From Octopus sinensis (taxonomy: Eukaryota), in NCBI RefSeq assembly GCF_006345805.1, contig NC_043001.1:42098001-42162000 (forward strand): 64,000 nucleotides of DNA, given 5' to 3'. The notes beneath the pieces are model-generated. The model had not been told where the DNA came from and did no database searches. It was given only the letters and a program-made list of their open reading frames with translations. This document shows, one piece after another, positions 38,346-51,641 of this stretch (position 1 is its first letter; every line of letters starts with the position of its first letter). The position numbers were made by a program, and so were the translations under genes.

Positions 38346-39845
38346 TTTGGATGTGTGTGTGGTGGGGGGTACATGTTTGTGTATGTGTGTGTACTTGTTA
38401 TGTTAATTAATAGGAACATTATATAGGTTCAATGTGGGGATCTTTCAAGTATTTTGGACCAATTACTGTGAAATGTGGGTGTGTTTGCTTACTTTTAAGG
38501 ATTTAGTATGTTCATTGATGATATTTCTATTGTTTTGTGTACTTGTTACTTATTTTATCAATTTCCAAGGAATAAAGATCTTAATTGTTCATCCAGCAAT
38601 CTAGAACAACATAACAATCTGGTTTTATCCTCAAGTCAAAATATAATAAAATAAACAATTGACAATTTTTATTTCATAAATTAAAACACACTTAAACCAA
38701 ATAAGATTTGATTAGCTGGTGAACATTTATGCTGTAGTTGTTGAAGTCTAAGGATTCCTGTCTGCAGAGTCTTTTTAAAAAATACAAAATCAGTAATCTC
38801 CATTCAAAATAAAATAAAAATGAAATCACTAAAAAACAAACAAACAAACAAACAAAAAAGAGATTGGACAGTTAATATCTTCTATGAAATAAATATTTCA
38901 AAGTAAATATCTTAATTTTTACATAAATGCTAAATTATTATTTATTTCCCTCAATTCTATATTAACGAGTGTTTCAAATTTTACTTTAATTCATTTATGT
39001 AACATTATGCACTTACTAATATAAATTGTACAATACTACTTAATGTATACTACTATATTTCATAATCACACACTGTCCCAATAGGAGGGATTGTCAAGTA
39101 TCAAAATGGTAAGTACTGTTGAAAAGAGGTCAGTTCCTAATTCATTTTTCAGATCCATCCGTATCATTTTTAATACAGAGAGTATACAGGTAATCAAAAA
39201 ATTACAATCGTAATTTTGTTGTCTATAGCTGTCAAATATATACCACTTGTAATTAATTCCAAACATCTACAATGTTTTATGCCTATATGGTCTTGAATAA
39301 GACTTGGTTTAAAATTGTGGTTCTTTGTCTGACCTAGATATATTTCCAACAGTTTAGCCCACCAAGAATATTTTAAAACAAAACTAAATATATATTCTTA
39401 TGCATGAACTAATTTTCTTTGTGGTATGTGACGTAATTTTTTGTTAAAAATTATTTATTTTTTATCTTGCTGTTACTTCATAAAGAAAGAAAAAGAATTT
39501 CAAATTATGCTTACAAAATTTCCCGTATTGTTTAAGAAACATCTAAAACTCATAGTTATTTTATTAAATGTTTTTCAAGTTATTGTCAACTGAAAATTAT
39601 ATTGTTCCTTCTGTTACCTTGCTAACAAATCTGTTCTGTAACTTGTACATTCCTTCTGCTACCCTACTGCCAAAGCTTCTCTTTTATTCCTATATCAATA
39701 GGAACACTTTTCTGTATCAATAGCAGAGAATATATCTTGGCTGAATTGTAATGCTTTCAAAGGAGCCATTGCACAAAGAGAACTTGTTTCATTTGTAAAT
39801 GTAATATAGAGAAACTTAATATGTAAAAGCAATGTTTTCTGTAGA

Positions 39846-42800
39846 TCATCATCATCATCATTTAGCATCCGTTTTCCATGCTAGCATGGGTTAGACGGTT
39901 CAACTGGGGTCTGTGAAGCCAAAAGGCTGCATCAGGCCCAGTCCGATCTGGCAGTGTTTCTACGGCTGGATGCCCTTCCTAACGCCAACCACTCCACGAG
40001 TGTAGTGGGTGCTTTTTACGTGCCACCCGCACAGGTGCCAGACGGAGCTGGCAAACGGCCATGAACAGATGGTGCTTTTACGTGCCACCGGCACGGGGGC
40101 CAGGCGAGGCTGGCAACGGACTTGAACGGATGGTGCTTTTATGTGCCACCGGCATGGAGGCCAGTCGGGGTGACGCTGGCAACGGCCACAATTGGATGGT
40201 TTGCTTAACCACAGCTGCAATTTCCATTGATGTTCCAAGAAGGAAAGGTATGTAGGCCACAGGTCATGTTCTCACTGGTCTTTCCGGGTCTTCTCACGCA
40301 CAGCATACTTCCATAGGTCTCGGTCTCTAGTCATTTCTTTGGTGAGACCTAAAGTTCGAAGGTCATGCTTCACCACTTCGTCCCATGTTTTCCTGGGTCT
40401 ATCTCTTCCACAGGTTCCCTCAACTGCTAGGGTGTGGCACTTTCGTGCACAACTATCTTCAGCCATTCTCATCACATGACCATACCAGCGCAAACCTCTC
40501 TCTTGCACACCACAGCTGATGCTTCTTAGGTCCAACTTTTCTCTCAAGGTACTTACACTCTGTCGATTATGAACACTGACATTACACATCCAGCGGAGCA
40601 TACTGGCTTCATTTCTTGCGAGTTTACGCAAATCCTCAGCAGTCATAGCCCATGTTTCACTACCATGTAGCATGGCTGTACGTACACATGCATCATACAG
40701 TCTGCCTTTTACTCTGAGCGAGAGGCCTTTTGTCACCAGCAGGGGTAAGAGCTCTCTAAACTTTGCCCAGGCTATTCTTACCTTAGCAGTTACACTTTCA
40801 GCACACCCACCACCGCTACTGACTTGGTCACCTAGGTAACGGAAGCTATCAACTACTTCTAGTTTTTCTCCCTGGAACGTGGTAGAAGTTGGTCTCTGCA
40901 TATTTTCAGAGTTTATTGCTCCTGAGCATCTGCCACAGATAAAAACTATTTTCCTAGTTAGTCTTCCTTTGATATTACTACACCTCTTATGTGTCCATAT
41001 TTGCACTTGGTGCACCTTATAGAGTTTCTACCTACGCCTTTTTTACAGATCAAGCAGAGCCATCTACTTGAAGGCATTTGTGATTGGTCTACCTTCCTAC
41101 TTATTAAGACTTTGGTTTTGGCTAGGTTGATTCTAAGGCCCTTCGATTCTAAACCTTGCTTCCACACCTGAAACTTCTCCTCCAGTTCTGATAGAGACTC
41201 AGCAATTAGAGCAAGGTCATCAGCATAGAGGAGCTCCCAGGGGCATCCTGTCTTGAATTCCTCCATTATTGCCTGGAGGACTATGATAAATAGGAGGGGA
41301 CTGAGGACTGAACCTTGGTGGACCCCAACCTCTACCCGGAATTCTTCACTGTACTCGTTGCCAACCCTCACCTTACTAGCAGCGTCTCTGTACATGGCTC
41401 GCACAGCTCTCACTAACCATTCATCTATCCCTAGTTTCCTCATTGACCACCAGATAAGGGATCTGGGAACCCTGTCGAAGGCTTTTTCCATATCAACAAA
41501 AGCCAGGTACAGGGGCTTGTCTTTGGCTAGGTATTTCTCCTGCAGCTGTCTTACCAGGAATATAGCATCAGTAGTACTTTTTCCTGGCACGAACCCAAAC
41601 TGCATCTCATCTAAGCTAACCCTCTCTCTAATTAGATCATTACCTGATCCAGCAGCTTGATACCCCTGTAGTTATTTGTATCTAGAGCGTCACCTTTACC
41701 TTTGTAGCAGTTGACTATTATGCTGCTACCCCAATCATTGGGTATAACTCCTTCGTGTATCACCTGGTTAACTATACGGGTGACTAGGCTATAGCCAACA
41801 CTACCAGATATTTTGAGCATCTCTGCTGTAATTCCTGATGGGCCAGGGGCTTTCCCTGTTTTCATGCTTTTAATTGCCTTAACTACTAAGGAACTGTCAA
41901 CTCGGATTGCTGGTCCCTCTGTTGGGTCGATATTCGGCAGACTCTCTTTATCCCATTCATTTTCCTCATTCAGCAACCCTTCATAGTGGCGTCTCCAAAC
42001 CTCTCTCTTTGCATCCTCATTTAGCGCAAGTGACCCGTCATCCTTGCGAACACATTTCTCTCCTACCACGTCACGATTCTCTCTCACACACTGTCTAGCA
42101 ATACGAAATATCTCAAGTCTTTCATCCTCACGGCGCAGAACATTGGCAATTTTTTTCTTATCTGCTTCCCCTCTGGCTATATACACCTGCCTCCAAGCTT
42201 CCCTGATACACTTCTCTGCTACCACCGTTCTTCCAGTCTTTCCAAGCCTGTTTCTTTTGTCTAATAGCCCTGTCAACAATATTGTTCCACCACGACGTTA
42301 TTTTGGGTCTTGGGGGGACTTTGCACCAGCCGCAGATCTGGTCAGTGGCTTTCAGCAGGTTGTCCCTTAGAAGCGTCCAGTTATCTTCTACCCCATGTGT
42401 AGCTATACCACCTTCTATTTCGTCGAAGGCTTCAAGTAACATGTCTCTAAATCTCTGTCTATTTGCAGAGTCTTTAAGCTTCCAGACCCTTCTTCCCCAT
42501 GTTAGTCGTCTTCTAGTCATCCTCTTAGTCCTGGTCCTAAAGTCACTAACTACCAGTCTATGTTGTGGGGTACATTCTTCACCTGGGAAGGTTTTGGCAT
42601 TTATAAGCAGCCATCTTTCCCTTTTTCTGGCAAGGATGTAGTTGATTTGGCTAGTATGCTGGCCCGATCGGTAGGTGACCAAGTGGCTTGTCGGTTTCCT
42701 GAAGTTAGTGTTGCAAACCATAAGACTATTCGCATCACAGAACTCCAGCAGCCTGGTTCCCTCCTCGTTGCGGGAACCATAACCGTAGCCTCCATGTACG

Positions 42801-43040
42801 CCATGGAAGCCCCCCAGCATCTCATCCAACATGCCCATTGAAGTCACCAACCACAAAGAGAAGGTCCTTGTCGTTCGTCAATGAGGTGGTCTGCAGTAGG
42901 GTGTCATAGAAACGGTCTTTCTGTCCATCGGGTAGCCCTGGCTGAGGGGCATAGGCCGATATAATAGTTGCTAAACTATGATGGAGCACTAATCTAATCT
43001 TCAGTATTCTGTCACATACTCTGACTACCTCGATTACCTT
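39846..43040 (-). mobile_element. Near-full-length RTE LINE (APE endonuclease and RT), 5'-truncated and frameshifted
   Basis: APE motifs SAYAPQ, GDFNGHVG, SQINYIL, QHRLVV. RT motifs NYRGIKLL, QFGFVPGKSTTDAIF, FVDMEKAFDRVP, GVHQGSVLSPLLF, LLYADDL. Split over ORFs 42822-43121, 42158-42856, 41632-42279, 40958-41605 and 40272-41015. 3' UTR with (GAT)n tail. Confidence 0.97.
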
Positions 43041-43509
43041 AGTCAGCTTTCCACTTATTCTGATATTAAGTTGTTTTTTTTTAATTACTACATTATACTT
43101 TTCTTTTTCTTTTAAAATCATTTTTATGCAAATGTCATTGAGTTATGAGCAAGGATTATGCTTAGATTCTTAATTTTCATTATAGATGCTACAGTATGGA
43201 GAGTATGAACAAAGAGAATGAACAAACAAGAAATGATAAAAAAAAAGCCTAAAATAATTCTTTCATTTTAGGAGTCCAGTTTGCAAGGATATGTCACAAA
43301 CAAAACAATACAGCAATTTTTATAACAAATGGTGTTTGCTAGACCTACTCTGTCCCTAGCTTTATGCTTAATTTTATTCCTTTGGGATTTGTAGGTACTA
43401 CTTAATGGTTAGCTTCACCAACAAAGTTGAATGCATTCAGTTTACAATTGTACACTGAACAACCAGAAGAAGCAGAAGATGGCAGTAATATAATTTTATA
43501 TCTGCTTCT

Positions 43510-43725
43510 CCATCTATTATCATTTATTTTTTTTGCTTGTTTCAGTCATTATACTGGAGCATTGCCTTGGAGAATTTTAGTTGAACAAATCAACCATAGT
43601 ACTTATTTCTTTAAATCCTGATACTTTTTCTATCAGTCTTTTTTGATGAACCACTCAGTTACAGGGACATAACAAATGAACACTTGTCAAGTGGTGGTGG
43701 GTGACAAGCACAGACAAATATACAT
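43510..43725 (-). mobile_element. SINE 3' tail fragment
   Basis: cttgtttcagtcatt..ctggagcattgcc...gtacttatt...ctatcagtcttttt. Confidence 0.65.
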
Positions 43726-44339
43726 ACATTTACACACACTCTGTACCCTATATTTTCTATGTTCATTTCTTCATCAGCACTAGAGTAGTGTCTCATCCCT
43801 AACAAAACCTCTTCCCAGTGTTATCGCTATACATTCATTCCATTCTTTAACACATGAGAGGCTCAGAAGAGAGCCAGAGTGAGAAGATGATAGAAGAATA
43901 AATGAAGAGAACCAGAGTAAAAAGGAGCAAGAGAGGGATTGAAAAGAGAGTGGGTGTTGGTTACCTACTTGATGGTTGTTAGTAAGTAGATTGGATAGAA
44001 GCAACTTGACCAAGCGGATGATAGAAGAGAAAGTGATGAAAGAGTAAGAACTAGAATGAGAAGGGAGAATAATAGAAGAGAACCAGAGTGGAAGAGTAAG
44101 AGTGTGAGATACAAGAGGGGAGAGAAAGAGGAAAGAGAGGGATAGACAGTTAATGATTGTTGGTAATGAGATTGAATAAAACAGCATGACTGACCTGAAG
44201 GGTATGAAAGAGTGGTAAGAAGATATGATAGAAAGAGTACAGGAAGATAGGAGAGGAAGTAATGAAGAGAGGGATTAAATGGTATATTATGAACATAACA
44301 ATCAGGAGAGTCAAATGTTGATGACATACATCTTAATCT

Positions 44340-44930
44340 CCATCACAGTTACCATTATAATTTTTACATCCGCTTTCCCATGCTTGCATCAGTTAGACTC
44401 TTTGCCACAAGTCACGTATTTCATGAGGTTCAGTTTTCTGGGATTAGTCTTTACCACTCTGTACCATATCTTCCTTGATCTCTTTGTACCATGCCCTCCT
44501 TGAACTTTCAGATGGTTCCATCCATTTGAAGCACTCAGCCTTTTTTTTTTATTCAACTGATACTCTCCATTCACATCACAAGTTTGTATCAATGTAAACT
44601 TCTCTGTTGCATACAGTACCAATTTTCTCTTACACCCAGTTCTTCTCTCTACTCATCTGTATTCCATCATTCATGTACAGCAATATTACACATCCAGCAG
44701 AGCATGATCACCTCATCTCTTTCCAGTCTTCAAAAATCTCCTGCATTCAAGGTGTATGTCTCACTACCATGCAACATTGCAGATTGTACACAAGTGTATC
44801 ATAAAATCTGCCCTTCACTCTGAGAAATAAATCTTTTGTTGTCACCAAAGATAACAACTCTCTTAACTTTTCCCATGCCATTCTTAATCTGGTATCTATT
44901 CTTTTGGAACATTAACCTCCTCATCATCTA
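44340..44930 (-). mobile_element. Older decayed RTE 3' fragment
   Basis: Similar to the RTE C-terminus (tgcaacattgcagattgtacacaagtgtatcataaaatctgcccttcactctgag; LKVQGGHGTKRSRKIW). Confidence 0.75.
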
Positions 44931-46454
44931 GATAACAAAAATCTGTCAAGTATTTCTTGGTAGCTTGCCAAAATATTTAAAAGAATGTAAATAGAAATTG
45001 TATTGATGATAGCAAAACAATTTCTAATTTACATATTTTTCTGGGTTTTTAAGATGTCAAACTTTCTTACTCTTATGGATCTGATATCATATCAGCATAA
45101 ATATTGAATCAGAATATATAAAGGATGACAATATGAATTAAGTGACAATTTTTCATTAAACATCAGATTAGGAAATCTATTGATTTAATACTGAAATTGT
45201 TAGTATATAAGTTTTACTTTTGGATACCTTTCCTAGTGGTAACCAATCAATATTTTTCTCCTCAGCAACTGTATGTATTGTTACATGTGTGAGATACTCT
45301 CCCTTTTACTTAAGTATACTACAGAGGTTGAAGTTACGTTGGAATTTCTACAGATCTATGTTTTTAAAGAAAACATGGGCAGGAACGTCTGGATAAATGG
45401 AGTCTCGTGAGATGTAAAAGATATAATGAAAGGATGATTAGGCTCAAGTGAAAAGGTGGCACAGTTTATTTGTTTACAAAACAAGAAGCCACTGTAATAA
45501 TGTGAGAATAGCTGGTGTTTGTAACATGATGATAAATGAAAGCTTATCTATTTTTAAAAGTTTGTCTATTTTCAGGTGTCATTTTGAATGTTTGAAAAAT
45601 ATATATAATTTTTTCTTTAATCATCATCATTGCCCTCAGTCAACAATCATGATATATGCATGGGGACACAGAAATATCTGGGTCAGTGTCCAGGAATTTG
45701 ATAAGTCCACCCAGGTTGGATGGAGCTCTGCATGCTGTGGAAAACAATCCTATTGCTAATGTCCTGTCTCATTGAGCAGGTGCAAATCAAGATAAACACA
45801 CAAAGGAAGGATTGTTGTTGTTGTTGTTGTTGTTGGACAACAGTACTTCTGCTTTGTAGACCACAGCTTCTGTGTCTCATTGATCATTCACTGCTAACCT
45901 TGAATGAGCATCCTATCTCTGTGTGAGGCTTTAGAGCATTCACTCACTTTATTTGATATTAGGTTTGCTGCTGAACAAGATCCTCAACTTATTATGCCTA
46001 ATGAATATTTTTGAGCATATCACTGCAGCCTCCATGAAATAAAATTTGTTTTGGCCATGTGGTGATCCCTTTTTTCAGACTAGAAAATGGAAAACACACA
46101 CACAGTTGCCCCACACACACGCACACACTTGACATAATCCAAAGGGAAGCAATTCTTACCTTCCTGTGAAATATTATAATGTTCCGTCTTTTCTTTATTC
46201 CACTTTTTATCATCACTGAGCAAATCAGAACTACATATTTACCTCCAGCGTAAAAGAGGCCATACACTTCCAGCCAACATGTCTGAAGAGTCATCAATAT
46301 TGCCATGTGTGATAGTGGGCATTAAACAGTTGGTAACATTTTGACCAACTATATGCTATAACCAGGGATATACTGCACAAAAATATAAAAATATAATCAC
46401 TCAATTTCTCCTTTAGAGTGTGCTATTTTTGACTATTGGACAATTAACCAACAG

Positions 46455-46585
46455 ATTATGTTTGTTTGTTTGTTTGTTTGTATGTATGTTTGTTTGTTTG
46501 TATGTATGTATGTATGTATGTATGTATGTATGTATGTATGTATGTATGTATGTATGTATGTATGTATGCATGCATGTATGTATTC
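46455..46585. repeat. (TTTG)n/(TATG)n microsatellite
   Basis: Read directly from the sequence. Confidence 0.95.
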
Positions 46586-46599
46586 TCATGCATATAGTT

Positions 46600-47480
46600 G
46601 CATATCTAGACATGCTCATATATATTGAAATGAGAAGCTTCTGGAAAGGTTTACAGATTTTTACAGTTCCAGTGATGGATTGGATCTGTAGTCTTTGAAT
46701 TAGCTTTCTCCTTCCTGGTTTTGAGAAGCCTAATTTCTCAAGATTGGTATTTAGGCAGTGTATTACTTATCCCGAGGTCCCAATAATTACAGGTGCAAAC
46801 CCGAACTTGTAATCTGGATAGAGTAACTGCAGATTTCTCAATAGTTCAACATAGGTGTTCTCTTTTTCACTGATCTTCAGCTTTATATTAACATCCACTG
46901 GGCAGCTAATTTCCACAACTGTGCAGTTTCTCTTCTTTATCCCAAACCATTATATCAGGTCTGTTGTACTTACATTTTATCATTTTATAGAGGTCTTCAC
47001 TGGTACATTCCACCAGTATTCCTTTTTATTATGAGTGGCTATGGCTTCTACCGTATGGTGGGTTCTTATTTCTTTGTCCATCTGATGGCTTTTGTTATAG
47101 AGTGTCCTAGCTACATCATGATTCATCAGTTGATAATACCATGATGACATTTTTGGACAACTGCTTATGATGTGGGTGATATATTCAGTGTTAACTTCAC
47201 AAAGTCTGCATCAGTTGTCACATGTTATGGCTTTTCCTGCATCTCTATCCTTTTTGTGCATCAGGTACTTGATTGATATTTCCTGTTCCTGGATTGCAAA
47301 TGCATACCCTTCAAAGTGGGAGGTAGTAATCAGGATATTGGTCCATGATAAACTGCTTTGATGATCTGATGCTATCATAACAGAGCTTCATACTGACATA
47401 TCCATGCATAGTCTTCTGCTGATATAGGCTCATCCTTTCATCTGATGATACATTGTGGTAGAGTCATGTGACTTTGGGCA
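46600..47480 (-). mobile_element. R4/Dong-clade non-LTR relic: CCHC finger and restriction-like endonuclease
   Basis: Minus-strand translation across breaks gives LCEVNTEYITHIISSCPKM, EYWWNVPVKT, KYNRPDIMVWD, VVEISCPVD, LLRNLQLLYPDYKF, ITGTVKICK. Confidence 0.85.
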
Positions 47481-47529
47481 TGTATTCTAGATTATCAGAC
47501 AGTGTTTCTCAAGGAGCTGCCTTCCAATC

Positions 47530-47900
47530 TTATGTGCATGTATGTATGTATGTATGTATGTATGTATGTATGTATGTATGTATGTATGTATGTATGTATG
47601 TATGTATGTATGTATGTATGCATGTATGTATGTATGTATGTATGTATGTATGTATGTATGTATGTATGTATGTATGCATGCATGTATGTGCCTATGTGCA
47701 TTATGTATGTATGCATGCATGTATGTGTGTATGTGTGTTTGTATGTATGTCATCATTCAATTTAATTCAAGATTTCTTGCCAATAAAGAACCAGTTTCTA
47801 ACCTAGATCCAAGCCTCCTTCATTGGAATGTATGTATGTATGTGTCTGTGTGCATGTATGTTTACATGTATATGTCTGTGTGCATACATGTATGTATGTA
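47530..47900. repeat. (TATG)n microsatellite and derived low-complexity tract
   Basis: Read directly from the sequence. Confidence 0.93.
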
Positions 47901-47929
47901 TGTCAGGTCACTTATGAGGTTCTCATAAG

Positions 47930-48960
47930 TGCTACTGGTAACATGGAGTCCAGTACAACCTGTTGCATGGTTGGGTTGCTGGCAACTAAACCGGCACTCC
48001 CACCAGGCTACCCTGGTGAGGAGGGTTGCTAGAAACCCAGCAGGATTAAAAACAAGACCTGTGGAAAGGTTGGGTGAATCTAGTGCAGGCTCAATGGCTA
48101 TTTCTCAATAGCACGGATATGTAGAAATTCTGGGATGGTATCTAGCATGCCAGAAGACCACTGGTAGTGAGGTACTCCTCAGCTTCTGCTGAAGCATGTC
48201 TATAGGAGAAGGTCACTCTGATACAAAATCAGATATACAGGGAGTGGCATTGGACATTTTGGGGATCTTTGGTTTGTGCTAGAGATCATGGCCTGTGACT
48301 CATAACGGCACCAGACATCTTGTCCCTGGACAATGTCAATAGAGTGGAGAGGGTCTATGAGATGTTGTGCAAGCCTTATTGGACTTAAAACTCTGCACAG
48401 GCATTGCCAACCTCTGCTCGATATATGCTGCTTGTTTTCTTTCTTTATATATATTTATTTTATTTTCAGGATATATGTATCTTTATTTTTAGTATATATT
48501 TATTTTATTTTTATTCAAAAGTCCTATGGCGATGGGAAGGTGGCGAAGCATACAAACCCGACAGGTTGGAAGCATGTAATCAGCGACCTGCATGTAGGTG
48601 GCCCATGCTAGATATAAAGTCATCTTGTCGCCCAAGACAGTGATAGGATTCAGTTGGTGCAAGGATGTCTGAGCAGCTCCATTTGGAGAGGACACTGCTC
48701 ACCTAGAGGCTGGGGAGGTTCTAGAAAAGGTGAACTAAAATTGCCTGTCTTTCTATATCTGGTCAGTTCAGCATGACTGACGTATATACACCCTGCGCTC
48801 GAAAAACAAAGAAACTTTTTTTTTTATAAAATCTGGATGCACTGCACTTGTTGCTCGCAAGCTGAACCACTATAACATTAATATAGCTGCACTTTCAGAG
48901 ATTTGTATAGAAGGTGATGATCAGCCTGAAGAAGTAGGAGATGGATACATCTTTTTTTGG
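47930..48960 (+). mobile_element. 5' portion of a BovB-like RTE (5' UTR and start of APE endonuclease), decayed
   Basis: TALVARKLNHYNINIAALSEICIEGDDQPEEVGDGYIFFW at ~48840-48960 resembles the RTE APE N-terminus RTALVARELxRYxIDIAALSET. Confidence 0.75.
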
Positions 48961-49204
48961 CCTTCTGCCTTGTGTTTTTTTTAACAAGACAAGAGGTTTA
49001 TAAGCTTTAAAATTTCTGCAACTAGTGTTTTAGTTTCCTTCATGTCATTCTTTAGAGTTTTTCACTCTAGTTTTCAAGTTTTAACATTTTTTTGTTGTTC
49101 TTCACACTAGCAGCTGGCTGGGTAGAAACCAACAAGATCATTCACTAGCTTTTGAAGAACAACTTTGGTAACCTTTTTGAATTCAATACCTCTACCACTT
49201 GTAA

Positions 49205-49590
49205 ACATACTTATGAAAAATCTAAAAAAACTGCACAGTACCCATAACATTCGGAAACATACTTTTTACACTTAGAATTGTAGAAGCATGGAATAAACTG
49301 CTCACATCAGTTATTAACAGTCACAATACTGCATCCTTCAAGAATTCCATGCTTCCTTGAATACACCAACCCTATTCCTGATGTCTATACGCACATCTTA
49401 TAACACTCTTAATGTTCTCTTTTCTATCTTTCTGTGTTTTATTCTATATGCTGTGCACATACATCATTGCTGTCTTTCTTTACTTGATTTATAAGTCTGC
49501 TTTCTGTTTTGTTCTCTGTTTTAACATTTTCTAATGAGAAGTAGTGCACCTGAGCACTATATATAATAAGCTCAATGAAAAATAAACATT
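49205..49590 (+). mobile_element. CR1/L2-group LINE 3' end
   Basis: FTLRIVEAWNKLLTSVI..AS FK-type C-terminus. Tail gtgcacctgagcact shared with 51352-51641, 55380-55540 and ~22030-22085. Confidence 0.7.
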
Positions 49591-49779
49591 AAATGATGAT
49601 GATGATAAATATCATCATCATCAGTCATCATACTTCATTCCATAACAGCTACCTCTGAAGAGCACAGGGTTACATAATCAGACTGTTTCCCAACAATCTG
49701 TTGAACCCTTGGCACAAAACTGATAGGTAAGATTGGCTGTAATGGACATATGATAGTGTACACTTCAATTGATATAGAT

Positions 49780-50080
49780 AGATAGGTAGACAGGTAAATA
49801 GATAGACAGACGGTCAGATGTGCATTTGGGTGTATATAAATTTGTGCTCCTTGTCTTGACATCATGTGATAATTGTAAATGAGTGTCACTGTAATGCTGG
49901 CAGTGTCATTCATTTCAAATATTTTTCAGAACATGTCTGGGCATGAGGAAGTATAACCTTGCTTGGAAACATTTGAGGGTTGGTGTCAAGAAAAGAATTC
50001 ATCTGTAGAAAATCAGCTGAAATATACTCCGTGTGACCCATGTAAGCTTCAAAAATTGCATTTTAAATGATGATGACAAT
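49780..50080 (+). mobile_element. SINE 3' part with RTE-type tail
   Basis: ccttgtcttgacatcatgtgat... matches the tail of 1628-1994. Ends (GAT)n-like. Confidence 0.6.
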
Positions 50081-51351
50081 GACAATGAAGAATTTTGCAG
50101 AGAATCAAGTGATCAGTAGACCTGTCATTTTGATTTTAAATTTTCTCCTTAGAGCTTATTTACATAGATATTTCTATGCCAACTTTAATGAGTTTTCTTT
50201 CAAGTGTAGAAAAATTATGTTTGCAATTTTTTAAAATAAGTATATTGACGTTTTAAATCAGTTATCTATCTATTAAAATTTTTTCAATTTATATAAACAA
50301 ATTGCTAATGAAATAATCTGGATAGAATCTATAAAATGTTCTATAGTTTTTTTTTGTTTTTTTTTCAGTTATACTGTTTTCAGTTACATACTAATAGGAA
50401 AGATTATTTTTATTACTTTTTTTTTTTTAAATTGTATATTTAGATGTATTGGATCTGTTGTTTTGTCCAGATAGGTGCTCATGCCATTAATTTTGTGAGT
50501 CAGAAATAGAAAATCTAATTAGTCAGGCAGGATGAGGAAAGCAGAGTCGTTATCCTGTTCAGGAGAATGACATCATGTTGTTTTAAACGTTTGATGTCAT
50601 GACCCATGTAGTTAAGTCCTGCTTTTTATATTTCAGTTAACGTAATTCTAATAATAATCAAATAGCTTCAATTCGAAGAATATTAGCGGAAGGGACATAA
50701 TTTAAATATAATAAGATTTACTTCCCTTGTTCAAGACATCGCTATCTTTCAAAGTCAGTATTCATACTTTGGAGAAGTAACAGAATAAAATGTATTAAAC
50801 TAATTGCACACTGTTATAGAGCTCTGCATGGAATCACGATGCTTACCTTTCAATAGACCTGTCCAAGCTGCAAATAAATATGATCTTGATTACTAGCTCG
50901 ATTTATATTTATATTTATACACATTAAGAGTACGGTAAAACCGGCGAATAAACATAGGTGAAATCGCTGAGCTGGACAAAATAATCCGCCTTTGGGTTAA
51001 AGTATACAAGAATATTTATAAGAGTATATCTTCCAAATGATTTACTGAAACTAGGAGAACTTAGATTTTAATCTACTTACATTACACTCAAAATTTTCTA
51101 TAAACTGAGAGAAAAAAATTTTTTTGAGAATTGAATTTTCCCTTCTTACTTTAAGCAAACAACATAATTAGGAAGCAAACTGAATGTTGTATTTGTAGGT
51201 TAACTGTATTTTTCAAATAACAAATAAGTTCGAAGTGTAAGAATTTTAGTGTAGCTTACATATTTGCCCAAAGTTGTTATACATGTGTGTGTGTGTGTGC
51301 GTGCGTGCGCGTATGCTTGTGTGTGCATGCACAAACACACAATTATAACAA

Positions 51352-51641
51352 CAATAATAAACTTATTGTATACAGTGCTCAGGTGCGCTACAACTCATCA
51401 GAAGCAAGTAGCTAAAAGTGCATGAACAGTACATAGAATAATGCACAACAAATGAACAGTGAATGAGTTGTTAGGAAAGTGAGTAGGGTGGACACCAGGT
51501 GTACTGTTGGCAAATGTCTGGAAGCATTGAAGTTTTGAAGGATGTAGTGTTCTGGCAGCTAACAACTGATGGAAGTAGTTTATTCCATGCTTCAGCAATT
51601 CTGAGCATGAAAAAAGGTTTCCAAAAGTCATGGGCGCTGTG
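51352..51641 (-). mobile_element. CR1/L2-group LINE 3' end
   Basis: FFMLRIAEAWNKLLPSVVSCQNTTSFK. Same family as 49205-49590. Confidence 0.8.

Noticed and set aside
39085-39189. Two apparent + microexons (24 and 37 nt) with good splice sites
   Set aside because: The intervening intron would be only 44 nt, and no coherent protein results.
43780-44320. Purine-rich tract with loosely repeated gaagagaaccagag units giving Leu/Ser-rich antisense ORFs
   Set aside because: Low-complexity composition explains the ORFs. No family or domain recognised.
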